Virus record (IMG/VR): IMGVR_UViG_3300033067_001161
Coordinates: 1-54,301 of that record
Length of the DNA stretch: 54,301 nt
Source: a virus
Taxonomy: Duplodnaviria > Caudoviricetes
Direction: 5' to 3' (one strand)
Below, in pieces: positions 9,892-19,901 of the stretch. The stretch's first letter is position 1. Each line of letters starts with the position of its first letter. Made by a program: the position numbers and the translations under genes. The notes below the pieces were generated by a model, which saw only the letters and a list, made by a program, of their open reading frames with translations, was not told the DNA's origin and searched no databases.

Positions 9892-10347
9892 ATGGCTGTA
9901 ACAAACAAAGGTAAATTTAGAATTTTTGATTGGGTTTTTCGTTCTGTGAGCGTAACACCACCAACTAATTTTTATATAGCATTAGTCACAAGTGCAGTAG
10001 CACCTACAGTAGATACTAATAGTTTATCTGCATTAACGGAAATAGCCGCTGGTGATGGATATACGGCAGGTGGATATCAACTAACTAAAAATAGTACAGA
10101 CTTTGATAGTAACGTTGAAGATGATTCTGGTGATAAAGCAGATATACAAATTAAGGATGTTGTTTGGACTGCTACTGGTGGACCGATACCTATATCAGGA
10201 AATGGAGCTAGATATGCAGTTCTTACTAATGATGGAACTTTAGCAAATAGAGAAGTTTTAGCATATTGGGATTTAACTGCAGATAGAAGTGTGTCTGTAG
10301 GACAAACTTTAACTTTGCAAGATTTACAAATTAGACTTTCTGAATAA
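9892..10347 (+). CDS. Minor tail/fibre-associated structural protein
   Basis: FYIALVT...TEI..GDGYTAGG...VVWTATGG..ARYAVL...VLAYWD...GQTLTL pattern of small tail-fibre adaptor proteins; AGGAG RBS. Confidence 0.65.
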   Translation: MAVTNKGKFRIFDWVFRSVSVTPPTNFYIALVTSAVAPTVDTNSLSALTEIAAGDGYTAGGYQLTKNSTDFDSNVEDDSGDKADIQIKDVVWTATGGPIPISGNGARYAVLTNDGTLANREVLAYWDLTADRSVSVGQTLTLQDLQIRLSE

Positions 10348-10367
10348 CTTTTAATTGGGAAATATAG

Positions 10368-10898
10368 ATGGGTGCAATTTTTTCATCGGTAACATATAGA
10401 CAAATAGGTAACGCCGCTACCACACAAAACTTGTTTACAATTGAAAATACAGATGCAACGGTAGTTGTTAAGATTCGTAGATTAGTAATGCAAATGGATG
10501 CTACCGCAGTATTAACTGCTGTTATGCCTTTGTTTAAAACATCCAGATGTGCTGTTCCTACAGGTGGTGTTACATTAACAAAAACAAAATTTAATTCGAG
10601 TAGCGCCAGTAATGCAAATGTTATAGTTAGGGGTTCGGCATCAGCTGATGGTGCTGGTAACGCCGCTCTTAATGCAACTCCCGCTGATATTGTTTGGGAA
10701 CAATTTGGAATGAGAGAGCACACTCAGGTAGGGCAGATACTTGCTCCAGATTTTGATCAACTACCTGTATTGGTAGAGAATGTTGATTTTTTATTAAAAC
10801 AAAATGAAGCACTTGTTGTTCATATTGTGGCGGCCGCTGGTACTAGTAATCCCGCAACTAATAGTTATTTTATTGGAGTTGTTTGGGAGGAGACATAG
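10368..10898 (+). CDS. Beta-rich structural protein (paralog of N-terminal part of 10902)
   Basis: GNAATTQNLFTIEN / LTAVMPL / PADIVWEQFGMREHTQV / VVWEE align with next ORF. Confidence 0.7.
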   Translation: MGAIFSSVTYRQIGNAATTQNLFTIENTDATVVVKIRRLVMQMDATAVLTAVMPLFKTSRCAVPTGGVTLTKTKFNSSSASNANVIVRGSASADGAGNAALNATPADIVWEQFGMREHTQVGQILAPDFDQLPVLVENVDFLLKQNEALVVHIVAAAGTSNPATNSYFIGVVWEET

Positions 10899-10901
10899 TA
10901 T

Positions 10902-11687
10902 ATGGCAGTGACATATATTGGTACTGCGAAAACCAAAATTATATATGGTAATGATTCTACATCTCAGTATTTATTTTCCGTAGAGAATGGTGTGCAGTCT
11001 AAAGTAGATGTTCATGTGAAACGACTATATGTACAAATGAATTGTTTATCTGTACTTACAACAGTAATGCCGTTGATTAAAACATATAGAGCTACATCTA
11101 TAACTGGTGGTGATATTTTATCTAAAGAAGGACCGTTTGATACAAGTTTAACATCAGATAATAATGTAATATTTAGAGGTCAATGTTGGGATACGTCTAG
11201 AATGGGTGCAAGTCCAGGTGATATTGTTTGGCAAAATTTTGCTATGCGTATGCATACGGCAGTAGAACAACAAATTGCCGAAGATAGAAATGTTTTACCA
11301 TTATTGTTGGCAAATAATTTATATGATTTTGTATTACATCCTGGCGAAAGTATTGTGGTTAGATTAGTTGGAGCTACTAATGCGAGTAATCCTTATGGTA
11401 ATACTCATTTTTTTGTTAATTGTGTGTGGGAAGAAAATTCATTAAGTACATTTAATATCAGTGGTATTGTTACATTAAGTAGTAGTGCGGTAGAAGGTGC
11501 TAAAGTTATTATTGTTGAAGCTGATGATGAACTACTTACAAACGGTTACATTAAGGAAATTATAACTACTCCTGCTGGTGGCAATTGGAGTTCAACCATT
11601 AGAACAGGTAAGGTTGGAGCGGCTTTTATACAATATAAAAATGGAGGAATATACTACACAGCTCCTGGTAGTCCATTTTTATCATAA
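10902..11687 (+). CDS. Structural protein, paralog of 10368 plus C-terminal carboxypeptidase-regulatory/Ig-like domain
   Basis: GNDSTSQYLFSVEN, LTTVMPL, PGDIVWQNFAMRMHT, CVWEE; tail ISGIVT...VEGAKVI...TTPAGGNWS. Confidence 0.65.
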   Translation: MAVTYIGTAKTKIIYGNDSTSQYLFSVENGVQSKVDVHVKRLYVQMNCLSVLTTVMPLIKTYRATSITGGDILSKEGPFDTSLTSDNNVIFRGQCWDTSRMGASPGDIVWQNFAMRMHTAVEQQIAEDRNVLPLLLANNLYDFVLHPGESIVVRLVGATNASNPYGNTHFFVNCVWEENSLSTFNISGIVTLSSSAVEGAKVIIVEADDELLTNGYIKEIITTPAGGNWSSTIRTGKVGAAFIQYKNGGIYYTAPGSPFLS

Positions 11688-11695
11688 GGTAAGTA

Positions 11696-13849
11696 ATGGA
11701 ATACACAAAACCATCGTTAACATCCGTTAACTTTTCTCTTAGTCCTTATACTAAATTAGATATAAGTACACCTACCGCTAGTTTAACTAGTTATACTAAA
11801 CCATCATTAAGTAGTGTAAATTCAAGTTTAATATCTTATACTAAACCAACGTTTAATAAAATAACATTTGAACTTGGTAATGCTTCATCTGGTAGTGGTA
11901 CATCCATAACATCATCTACCAATAGTGTGATAGTATCCACTATTAACCCTACAGTAATTCAAGGTTCTTTGGTACTAACATTTGATGTTACTGTTTTTAA
12001 ATCTTCTGTTATTAATCCTACGATAGTATTAGGTTCATTGTCACTTACTTCTGATTTAAGTAACACAATAATTTCTACCGTTAATCCAACAGTAGTATTA
12101 GGTTCATTGTCACTTACTTCCGATTTAAGTAACGTAGTAATATCTACTATTAATCCTACGGTAGTTCAAAGTTCTACAACTGCTAATCCTAGTATTAATA
12201 ATACTATTATTTCTACTATTAATCCGACAGTAGTATTAGGTTCTTTAAGTTTAACTTCTAATTTTAGTGATATTAAATCTTCTGTTGTTAATCCGTTAGT
12301 GATTCAAAGTTCATTAACTATCACATCTAACTTTAGTAGTATATCATCATCTACCGTTAATCCTACAGTAGTATTAGGTTCTTTAAGTTTAACATCTAAC
12401 TTTAGTAGTATATCATCATCTACTATTAATCCTACGGTAGTATTAGGTTCATTATCACTTACTTCTGAATTGAGTAACGTAGTAATAACTACTATTAATC
12501 CTATAGTTATATCTACTATTCCACCTATAACTTCATCTTATAGTAATATAGTAGTTTCTACTATTAATCCAACAGTTCAAAATTCAGTATCTTTAACATC
12601 TGATATCAATATTGTTAGAATTTCTGTGCCTAATGGTTATGGTTGGCAAGTTTATGGTGAAGGAACATATGATGGTAATAATCCTAAAGTTGTAATAGAT
12701 TTAAGTATATCATCATCTGTAAATGATGTTAATGCTTCTACTGTTAATCCTACGGTAGTATTAGGTTCATTAAGTTTAACATCCAATTTAAGTGATATTA
12801 ATGCTTCTACTGTTAATCCTACGGTAGTATTAGGTTCGTTGTCTATTACTTCCGAATTGAGCAATGTTAATATTTCTACTGTTAATCCTACAATAGTTCA
12901 AAGTTCTACAACTGCTAATCCTAGTATTAATAATACTATTATTTCTACTATTAATCCGACAGTAACTATAACAGAAAATACATTAACACCATCTATAAAT
13001 AATACTATTATTTCTACTGTTAATCCGACAGTAGTATTAGGTTCTTTAAGTTTAACATCTAACTTTAGTAGTATATCATCATCTACTATTAATCCTACGG
13101 TAGTTCAAAGTTCTTTAAGTTTAACATCTAACTTTAGTAGTATATCATCATCTACTATTAATCCTACGGTAGTATTAGGTTCTTTAAGTTTAACATCTAA
13201 TTTAAGTAACACAATAATTTCTACTGTTAATCCTACAGTAGTATTAGGTTCATTATCACTTACTTCTGAACTGAGTGATGTTAATGCTTCTACTGTTAAT
13301 CCGACAGTAGTATTAGGTTCTTTAAGTTTAACATCAGATATTAATAATATAATAATTTCTACTGCAAATCCCACAATAATTGCAACTGTTGTGGTTTCTG
13401 GAAGTTCTACTGTAGTTATATCTACAATTAATCCATCTGTGATATTATCTAGTGTAACTGCAATTCCGCAAAGTTCAAACTTTAAAGTTTCTACTGTTAA
13501 TCCTACGGTAGTATTAGGTTCATTATCTATTACTCCTGATGGAAACTTAGTTCGAAGTTCTACGAGAGAAACTCATACTATTATTATAGATTTATCTAAG
13601 CTTAAATCTGTAATAGGATTAAATATTTATGATGCTCCTATAATATCACCAGTTAAAAAAGCATCAGTATTTGAAGATGCGGAATTATCTGCGGATGCAG
13701 GAAAGAATGTAAACACATCTGAAAACGGACAAACACAAAAAACAGGTGTTTCTTTTGTTGAGAGTGTAGATTTACCTAAAGGTAAAAAATTGAAAAAAGA
13801 TGGGGCATTTACTATAAAACCTAAAATATCTACCAAATTTATAGAGTAA
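11696..13849 (+). CDS. Ser/Thr/Val-rich repeat fibre-like protein
   Basis: N-terminal YTKPSL..V..SL repeats then many ~23-aa repeats (IISTVNPTVVLGSLSLTSDLSN). Confidence 0.75.
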   Translation: MEYTKPSLTSVNFSLSPYTKLDISTPTASLTSYTKPSLSSVNSSLISYTKPTFNKITFELGNASSGSGTSITSSTNSVIVSTINPTVIQGSLVLTFDVTVFKSSVINPTIVLGSLSLTSDLSNTIISTVNPTVVLGSLSLTSDLSNVVISTINPTVVQSSTTANPSINNTIISTINPTVVLGSLSLTSNFSDIKSSVVNPLVIQSSLTITSNFSSISSSTVNPTVVLGSLSLTSNFSSISSSTINPTVVLGSLSLTSELSNVVITTINPIVISTIPPITSSYSNIVVSTINPTVQNSVSLTSDINIVRISVPNGYGWQVYGEGTYDGNNPKVVIDLSISSSVNDVNASTVNPTVVLGSLSLTSNLSDINASTVNPTVVLGSLSITSELSNVNISTVNPTIVQSSTTANPSINNTIISTINPTVTITENTLTPSINNTIISTVNPTVVLGSLSLTSNFSSISSSTINPTVVQSSLSLTSNFSSISSSTINPTVVLGSLSLTSNLSNTIISTVNPTVVLGSLSLTSELSDVNASTVNPTVVLGSLSLTSDINNIIISTANPTIIATVVVSGSSTVVISTINPSVILSSVTAIPQSSNFKVSTVNPTVVLGSLSITPDGNLVRSSTRETHTIIIDLSKLKSVIGLNIYDAPIISPVKKASVFEDAELSADAGKNVNTSENGQTQKTGVSFVESVDLPKGKKLKKDGAFTIKPKISTKFIE
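11930..13535 (+). repeat. Coding tandem array of ~69-bp imperfect units
   Basis: Core tctact(g/a)ttaatcc(t/g)ac(g/a)gtagtattaggttc recurs about 20 times, interrupted once near 12600-12710. Confidence 0.9.
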
Positions 13850-13872
13850 TCTCTATCCTTTTTGTATTTTTT
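13841..13872 (+). terminator. Possible weak intrinsic terminator
   Basis: ATAGAG-TAAT-CTCTAT followed by T-rich run. Confidence 0.35.
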
Positions 13873-13887
13873 TATATTTATATAAAA
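13873..13887 (+). promoter_or_regulatory. Putative late promoter TATATTTATATAAAA
   Basis: Exact motif copy. Confidence 0.75.
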
Positions 13888-13907
13888 GTTTAAATTGAGA
13901 ATGTGAA

Positions 13908-15371
13908 ATGTTTAAAAAGTTTTTTATACTAAATGCTACTAAAGATACAGCTATTCATAGTTATTATCAGGATGCTAATGCAGGTAAATCATTTATTTTA
14001 CCATTATTACATAATTATGATGGGTCTAATGTAGTTTCTAAATATTCCAGAATATTAATGGATTTTAATTTTGATGATGTTATTGATTTTTTTGGTGGAA
14101 GTATAACATCAAATTCATTAACTGCAACATTAATGTTGACACAATTAGATTTTGATGAATATGATCATAGTGTTAATTTTAATATAGACTTATTCCCATT
14201 AACATCATCTTGGGCTGAAGGATATAATTATTCGGAAGATTTTAATGAATTTGGATATGCTAATTGGAATAATAAATCTAATAATCAATTGTGGGGAGTT
14301 CCAGGTGGAGATTATGTTAATTCATTAACATCTACAATATCGTTTGAAGATGGTTATGAAGATGCTAAACTTGATATTACTAGATATGTTCAGGCATATG
14401 TTGATGCTAAATTAGGATTAACAGGTGGAACAACAGGTCAAAGATATGGGCAATTAGATTATCAAGCATCTAGTGATGTTAATTTTAGTTCCACATCTAT
14501 GTTTAATGGATTTTTATTGAAATTCGCAAATGAAGGATTGTCTTCATTTTCCGAATTTAAAAGATTTTATTCTTCACACACACATAATTTGTGGAATCCT
14601 AAAATTCTTATACAAGTTGATGGTAATTTTGAATATGATAATAGAAATAGATTTATATTAGGTAAACCTCAAAATTTATATTTTCCGTATAGAATAGATG
14701 GAGCATTTAATAATACATCTAGTTCTAATGTTTTTTGTTCGGTTTATAAAAATGGTGTAGCTATAACATCCACAACTGCTGTTGTTAGTGCTACAAATTC
14801 GGGATTACTTAAATGTAGTTTAACTATTCCTGAATCAGTTTATAGTTCTACCGCAGTATATACTGATGTGTGGTCTATACCACAAATAGGTGGCGGTAAT
14901 AGCATAACTGGAAGGTTTGTTGCATATACTGAAAGTGATGTTGTAGGAATGAATACTGTTTCACTTACAGGAAATTTTAATAAGAATTACATATCTAATA
15001 GTTTAATTCAGTCTGTTGGTGTTGCAAGTCAATATAATAAAAATATGTATTATGATAGTGATGAATTTATGAAATTCTTTCCATATATAAAGAAACAACG
15101 TGGAGTTGACAATATAGGATTAATTTTTAATAATGAAATGATTTACCCATCAGAATTTTTTGTTAAACTTATAGATGTGGAATTAAATTATGAATGGACT
15201 GATTGGATTAAACTAAGTTTGATTAATGATGCATATATATTGCAATTGAATACTAAATCATTTAGAATTGGTGCTAAAATAAGACCTATATATAAAATTA
15301 AAATGTGGGATTCGTATACTGTTGTAAATTCTACATCTGTCGATAATTTTAATATTGTTAGGAAAGTTTAA
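13908..15371 (+). CDS. Baseplate/tail structural protein with DNRLRE-like N-terminal domain
   Basis: ATKDTAIHS..DANAG, SRILMDF, FPLTSSWAEG, WGVPGGDY, LDITRYV, NGFLLK, FYSSHTH..PKI. Confidence 0.65.
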   Translation: MFKKFFILNATKDTAIHSYYQDANAGKSFILPLLHNYDGSNVVSKYSRILMDFNFDDVIDFFGGSITSNSLTATLMLTQLDFDEYDHSVNFNIDLFPLTSSWAEGYNYSEDFNEFGYANWNNKSNNQLWGVPGGDYVNSLTSTISFEDGYEDAKLDITRYVQAYVDAKLGLTGGTTGQRYGQLDYQASSDVNFSSTSMFNGFLLKFANEGLSSFSEFKRFYSSHTHNLWNPKILIQVDGNFEYDNRNRFILGKPQNLYFPYRIDGAFNNTSSSNVFCSVYKNGVAITSTTAVVSATNSGLLKCSLTIPESVYSSTAVYTDVWSIPQIGGGNSITGRFVAYTESDVVGMNTVSLTGNFNKNYISNSLIQSVGVASQYNKNMYYDSDEFMKFFPYIKKQRGVDNIGLIFNNEMIYPSEFFVKLIDVELNYEWTDWIKLSLINDAYILQLNTKSFRIGAKIRPIYKIKMWDSYTVVNSTSVDNFNIVRKV

Positions 15372-16393
15372 TGCTGTCTATTTTTAGAAAAAAAGAACCT
15401 ACTACTATAAGTTTAGAATTAAATAAGTCTTATATATTAAGTTCAGTTGTTGACAAGTTTAAAAACGAATTATTATTTCCAGGTAGTATTTCTGTAAATT
15501 TGCAAGGGATAGAAGATAAATCTTCTGTTACATGGACATTATTTGATAATGCTACAGGAAATATATATGGTTCGTATAGTGGTGAAATGATATTAAAAGA
15601 TATTCCTGTTGGAGAATATAAAATAGTATTTGATCAGGTATATAAAAATATAACTCCATTACCACAAACTAAAATTTTGAATGAGCGAGAGATTATTGTG
15701 TTTGTTGGAAGTTATGTTAGAAGTACTGGAGATTTAAGTGTTATTATAGATTCTAATCTTAAAACATTTAATAAAGAATTGGCTACATGGACTTTAAGTG
15801 GAAATTCTAATGGGTATTATTTGGCAAGTAACGGCAACAAAACTATAACAGATTTGGATGCATCTACATATACTATGGTATTCGATACAGTTGAAAACTT
15901 CTCAACGCCAGAACCAATAATAGTTGGTGTAGAATCAAATAAATCTAAAAGTTTGGTAGGTATTTATACTACTAGTTGTTCTGGTTCTCTTACAGGTTCT
16001 CTTACAGGCACTCTTACAGGTTCTGTCACTGCATGTGATAATAGAGATATGCAATTATTTTTTGGATTTAATAATGATAATTCTCCTGGTACAGATATTT
16101 CTAATGTTAGATATAAACTTAAAAATAACACTACAGGTTGTGAGAAGAGATTTGTCGGGCAAGTTTTAATAGAACCAATATTGGGAAATAATTTCTTGTT
16201 TCCATCTGGAAATATAGGAGTTACGTTTGAAAATTTTAATATTGAAGATTATTATGATGACATATTTATGTCCATAGATAATGTTAGATATTATAGGGGA
16301 GAATACGATTTAACAAGTATAGATACTGTTTCTGGTAATTTATTAGTTTTAGTTATTATGATAGGTAGCAATGCAGGAGTTAGACCTCAATGA
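15371..16393 (+). CDS. Structural protein with Ig/PEGA-like repeats (paralog of 16390)
   Basis: MLSIFRKKE..FPGSISV..WTL..DIPVGEYKIVF..TP repeated twice; GSLT tetrapeptide repeat. Confidence 0.6.
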   Translation: MLSIFRKKEPTTISLELNKSYILSSVVDKFKNELLFPGSISVNLQGIEDKSSVTWTLFDNATGNIYGSYSGEMILKDIPVGEYKIVFDQVYKNITPLPQTKILNEREIIVFVGSYVRSTGDLSVIIDSNLKTFNKELATWTLSGNSNGYYLASNGNKTITDLDASTYTMVFDTVENFSTPEPIIVGVESNKSKSLVGIYTTSCSGSLTGSLTGTLTGSVTACDNRDMQLFFGFNNDNSPGTDISNVRYKLKNNTTGCEKRFVGQVLIEPILGNNFLFPSGNIGVTFENFNIEDYYDDIFMSIDNVRYYRGEYDLTSIDTVSGNLLVLVIMIGSNAGVRPQ

Positions 16394-17793
16394 TTTCTAT
16401 ATTTAAAAAACGAGAAGGAAATATAATAATTCCTTTTAAATTAAGTAAAACTACTATTTTTAATAAAATAGTGAATATATCCGATAATGATTTATCATTT
16501 CCAGGAACTATAAAAATTTCTCCCAGTTTAGTTGATGGTGGAGATATAGATATAGGATGGACATTAACAAATGTATCCAGAAATTTAATTATTATGGATG
16601 GTGTTGGTGATGTGATATTGGAAAATATGGAAGTTGGATTATATAGTGTAACATATAAACCTATTTTGGGTTATGCTACACCATTAGTAGAAATTAAAAG
16701 TTTGAGAGATAATCAAACCATAGAATTTAATGCAGTATATCAGATAGGCGACCCTATTGGAAATTTGTTTGGTACTGTAATTGTAAATATGAATTTAGTT
16801 GTAGGGGGTTGGAAGATAGAGCTGTTAGATGATGCTGATGAAGTTTTATTATCTATTCCTTCGGAAGGTTATAGTAATGTACAACAATTTACACAAGATA
16901 ATTTACCTTTAGGTAAATATAGATTATCTGTTAAGAATTTAAATATTGCCGTATTGTCTCCACTTGAAGGAGAATATGTAAAAATGTTGAGTGTTGTTAG
17001 TCCTGTTATATCTTGGAATATAGTGTACGATAATCCGTCACAATTTCAATCTACTGTTAATGTTACTATTGGTGGGGATAACAATCCTATATTGTGGAAA
17101 CTACAACCTAAATACAGAGCAGGAGATGAAATAGTTAGAGCAGGAGAATTGCTTAATCATCCTATATTTGTTTCTCAGAATGGTGAGCCATGGAAGTTTG
17201 CAATCTCAGATGAACAAGATATTTTTGATAATTATATTATGAAAGTAAATGGTGCTGTATTATATAAGGATAGAGCTTTTAAAGAATTTAGATATGGATA
17301 TATAGAAGATGAATTAACGTTTACATTATCTGGTGCTAATAATATTAATATTATTTCCGCAGATTATACTAATTTGGTTATACCTATATTGATTCCTACA
17401 TTGGCATTGCTGGAAAATCAAACGATAAGTGGCAATAATTCTTATGTTACAGGTTCACATAATTCTTGGTATGCAAGTATAAGTGGAACTGTGAATAGAT
17501 ATGTGAATAAGTATGATCAACAACCATTTCAATCTGATTTTGTGATTAGTTTTAGACCGTTAACTCCACCACCATATAAACCGTATGATGCTTTACCAAC
17601 TTTTTATGGTAATAAATTTAATTATGGATGGTTTAAAGTTATTACTAATAAACCTGCTAAAATAACATTATATAGTTTAATTAAAAATAATGGTGTAGTA
17701 GTTAGTGCAAATAAAATAGGAACTTATGCAGATTCTCAATACTTTTTTGTGGATTACTCTATATTGTATCCAGCTATTGATATTTCACAATAG
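16390..17793 (+). CDS. Structural protein with Ig/PEGA-like repeats (paralog of 15371)
   Basis: MISIFKKRE..FPGTIKI..WTL..NMEVGLYSVTY..YATP. Confidence 0.6.
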   Translation: MISIFKKREGNIIIPFKLSKTTIFNKIVNISDNDLSFPGTIKISPSLVDGGDIDIGWTLTNVSRNLIIMDGVGDVILENMEVGLYSVTYKPILGYATPLVEIKSLRDNQTIEFNAVYQIGDPIGNLFGTVIVNMNLVVGGWKIELLDDADEVLLSIPSEGYSNVQQFTQDNLPLGKYRLSVKNLNIAVLSPLEGEYVKMLSVVSPVISWNIVYDNPSQFQSTVNVTIGGDNNPILWKLQPKYRAGDEIVRAGELLNHPIFVSQNGEPWKFAISDEQDIFDNYIMKVNGAVLYKDRAFKEFRYGYIEDELTFTLSGANNINIISADYTNLVIPILIPTLALLENQTISGNNSYVTGSHNSWYASISGTVNRYVNKYDQQPFQSDFVISFRPLTPPPYKPYDALPTFYGNKFNYGWFKVITNKPAKITLYSLIKNNGVVVSANKIGTYADSQYFFVDYSILYPAIDISQ

Positions 17794-17801
17794 GAATAAA
17801 T

Positions 17802-18716
17802 ATGACAGAAGAAGAAATAATATCTAGACTTCAAATATTAACAACTCAGCAAACTAATGTTATTAGGGAACTGCAATATTTAATATATAATTATCCTACA
17901 GCCATAGGTAAGTTTGAAAATCTGTATGCGTTAGTATCTAAAATAGATAATTTTGATTTATCTGATAACACAGATGTATTGATAGATAAGTTAAATCAAT
18001 ATAGCAATTCACTAGATCAGTTAAGTGATGTCTTGGGTAAGAACTTAAATATATTTAACATTGTTGAAAGTGATCAAAATTCATTATTAAATGCGGATGA
18101 TATTAAAGTTACATTTTTAGATAAATTTTTTGTAGAATTTGATATTCCTATTTCGGTAGATGTTACTAACAATACATTTAGATTTTCTTCATCGTATGCT
18201 GTAGATAATTTATATTATATTAAGATCAGTCAGAATATGGAATCTACTAAAATATTGTCTGAATTCGGATTTACTTTTTATAAAATGGAGCCTATAAATA
18301 ATAATGCTACTAAAATTATACTAAATGTTAGTGATGAAAATTATATTAAAACCATAATAGATAATAATATACTTAGTGACAAGATTGTATTTATTAATGA
18401 GAGAAGTAAATACCATATAGTTAGGTATGGGGCATCAATTATAAATGATAGTAAAAAATTGGTATTGTATATTTATCCGTCCGTATCTGATAGTATTGAA
18501 AGTGTTACTTTTCATAATAATATATTTAATGATTTATTTATGGAACTAAATTTAACTGATTTTAATATGCAGGATGTATCTGAATTTTATTTTAATACTG
18601 CTGAGAGAGATTTGGATAGTGGAGAAATGGTAATATATTCTAACGATAATTTGCCTAAACATATATTCAATTTTAGTATAGAAGATAATAAAGAAAAGAG
18701 AACTAGAAATGGGTAA
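17802..18716 (+). CDS. Hypothetical tail-region protein (paralog of 18709)
   Basis: C-term NTAERDLDSGEMVIY..EKRTR matches NAERDLVTGEFKIY..EYRRR. Confidence 0.65.
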   Translation: MTEEEIISRLQILTTQQTNVIRELQYLIYNYPTAIGKFENLYALVSKIDNFDLSDNTDVLIDKLNQYSNSLDQLSDVLGKNLNIFNIVESDQNSLLNADDIKVTFLDKFFVEFDIPISVDVTNNTFRFSSSYAVDNLYYIKISQNMESTKILSEFGFTFYKMEPINNNATKIILNVSDENYIKTIIDNNILSDKIVFINERSKYHIVRYGASIINDSKKLVLYIYPSVSDSIESVTFHNNIFNDLFMELNLTDFNMQDVSEFYFNTAERDLDSGEMVIYSNDNLPKHIFNFSIEDNKEKRTRNG

Positions 18717-19653
18717 TTTAGATTCTATAAGTGGGCTTTTATTAAGTGTATCTGACAATACAAGTAGTCTTAACTCTAATGTGTCTAGATTGTATACTGA
18801 TTTCTATAAGAATTTTAATTTTACAGTTAATAGTTTACGTAAACTTGATATTAATGTTGATAAGTTAAATAGTGCTTATGGAAAACTTAAATCATTAAAT
18901 ACTGATGGGTATATTAATTATTTATCTGAGAAGTTAATATCGTTGGAGATTATATTTAAAGAAATGTTTTCTAGTAGTGTTGTATCTGTAGATTCTGATG
19001 AAATAAATAATAAAATATTTTTTAATTTATATGACAGTCAAAATACTATTATTAAAGAAAAGCAAAAATTTAATTATAATAATAGATTAAGTTCGGTATA
19101 TAATTTTCCGTTTAATCCTATTGAATTGGAATTAGAAGCAGGACAGTATTTAATGACTGTTTTTTATGAAGATGAAAATAAGATATATGAATTTGATTCT
19201 GAGACTGATATTATTAATTTTATTTTTAGTAAAGATGAATTATTTCAAAGAATTATATTAGATAATCAAAAGAATAAAATATCTACAGATTTGCGAAATT
19301 TTAAAATATATTTGGTTGATAAAATTACTAATAAGGTTAAATATAAACAAAGCATATTAAATTCTGTTATAACTAATACTGAGTTAGATATATTATGTTT
19401 TTCATTAGACACGGACAGTTCTAACTATGAAAATTATATTATAATAATTAAAGAAGAATTGTTTGATTCGGTTTCTATAGATTTAACTATTGGTGATTAT
19501 TCTATGAATGATATTTCAAATATTATTTTGGGTAATGCTGAACGAGATTTGGTAACTGGAGAATTTAAAATATATGATTCTTTTGGTAATTTAATAGGTG
19601 TTACAGTTTCAACCAGAGCAGGTAGAAAAGAATATAGACGTAGGATTGTATAA
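18709..19653 (+). CDS. Hypothetical tail-region protein (paralog of 17802)
   Basis: Shared C-terminal motif; coupled ORF. Confidence 0.65.
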   Translation: MGNLDSISGLLLSVSDNTSSLNSNVSRLYTDFYKNFNFTVNSLRKLDINVDKLNSAYGKLKSLNTDGYINYLSEKLISLEIIFKEMFSSSVVSVDSDEINNKIFFNLYDSQNTIIKEKQKFNYNNRLSSVYNFPFNPIELELEAGQYLMTVFYEDENKIYEFDSETDIINFIFSKDELFQRIILDNQKNKISTDLRNFKIYLVDKITNKVKYKQSILNSVITNTELDILCFSLDTDSSNYENYIIIIKEELFDSVSIDLTIGDYSMNDISNIILGNAERDLVTGEFKIYDSFGNLIGVTVSTRAGRKEYRRRIV

Positions 19654-19901
19654 TGGCAATTAAAGATTTTAATAAAATAAATAATGATTATTTGTTTTCT
19701 CCATATGGTGTGTATAATTACAAATTTGGAGATTTGGATTTATTGCATAGTGGCGGATTGATGGGAGAGTCTATTATGACTTTTGGTTTGTTTTATTATG
19801 AAGTGGGAAAGGAAAACATATCAGGACAAACTAGATTTTATTTTAAGACATCTGAAGTTTCTCCTAAACCTAAAACAATTAGAGAGAATATAAATGAGTA
19901 A
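19653..19901 (+). CDS. Hypothetical protein
   Basis: Coupled at both ends. Confidence 0.6.
   Translation: MAIKDFNKINNDYLFSPYGVYNYKFGDLDLLHSGGLMGESIMTFGLFYYEVGKENISGQTRFYFKTSEVSPKPKTIRENINE

Noticed and set aside
10368-11687. Diversity-generating retroelement TR/VR pair
   Set aside because: Similarity is diverged protein-level paralogy, not adenine-specific mismatch; no reverse transcriptase in window.
11930-13535. Regular repeats resembling a CRISPR array
   Set aside because: Units are in-frame coding repeats with synonymous variation and no unique spacers; no cas genes.
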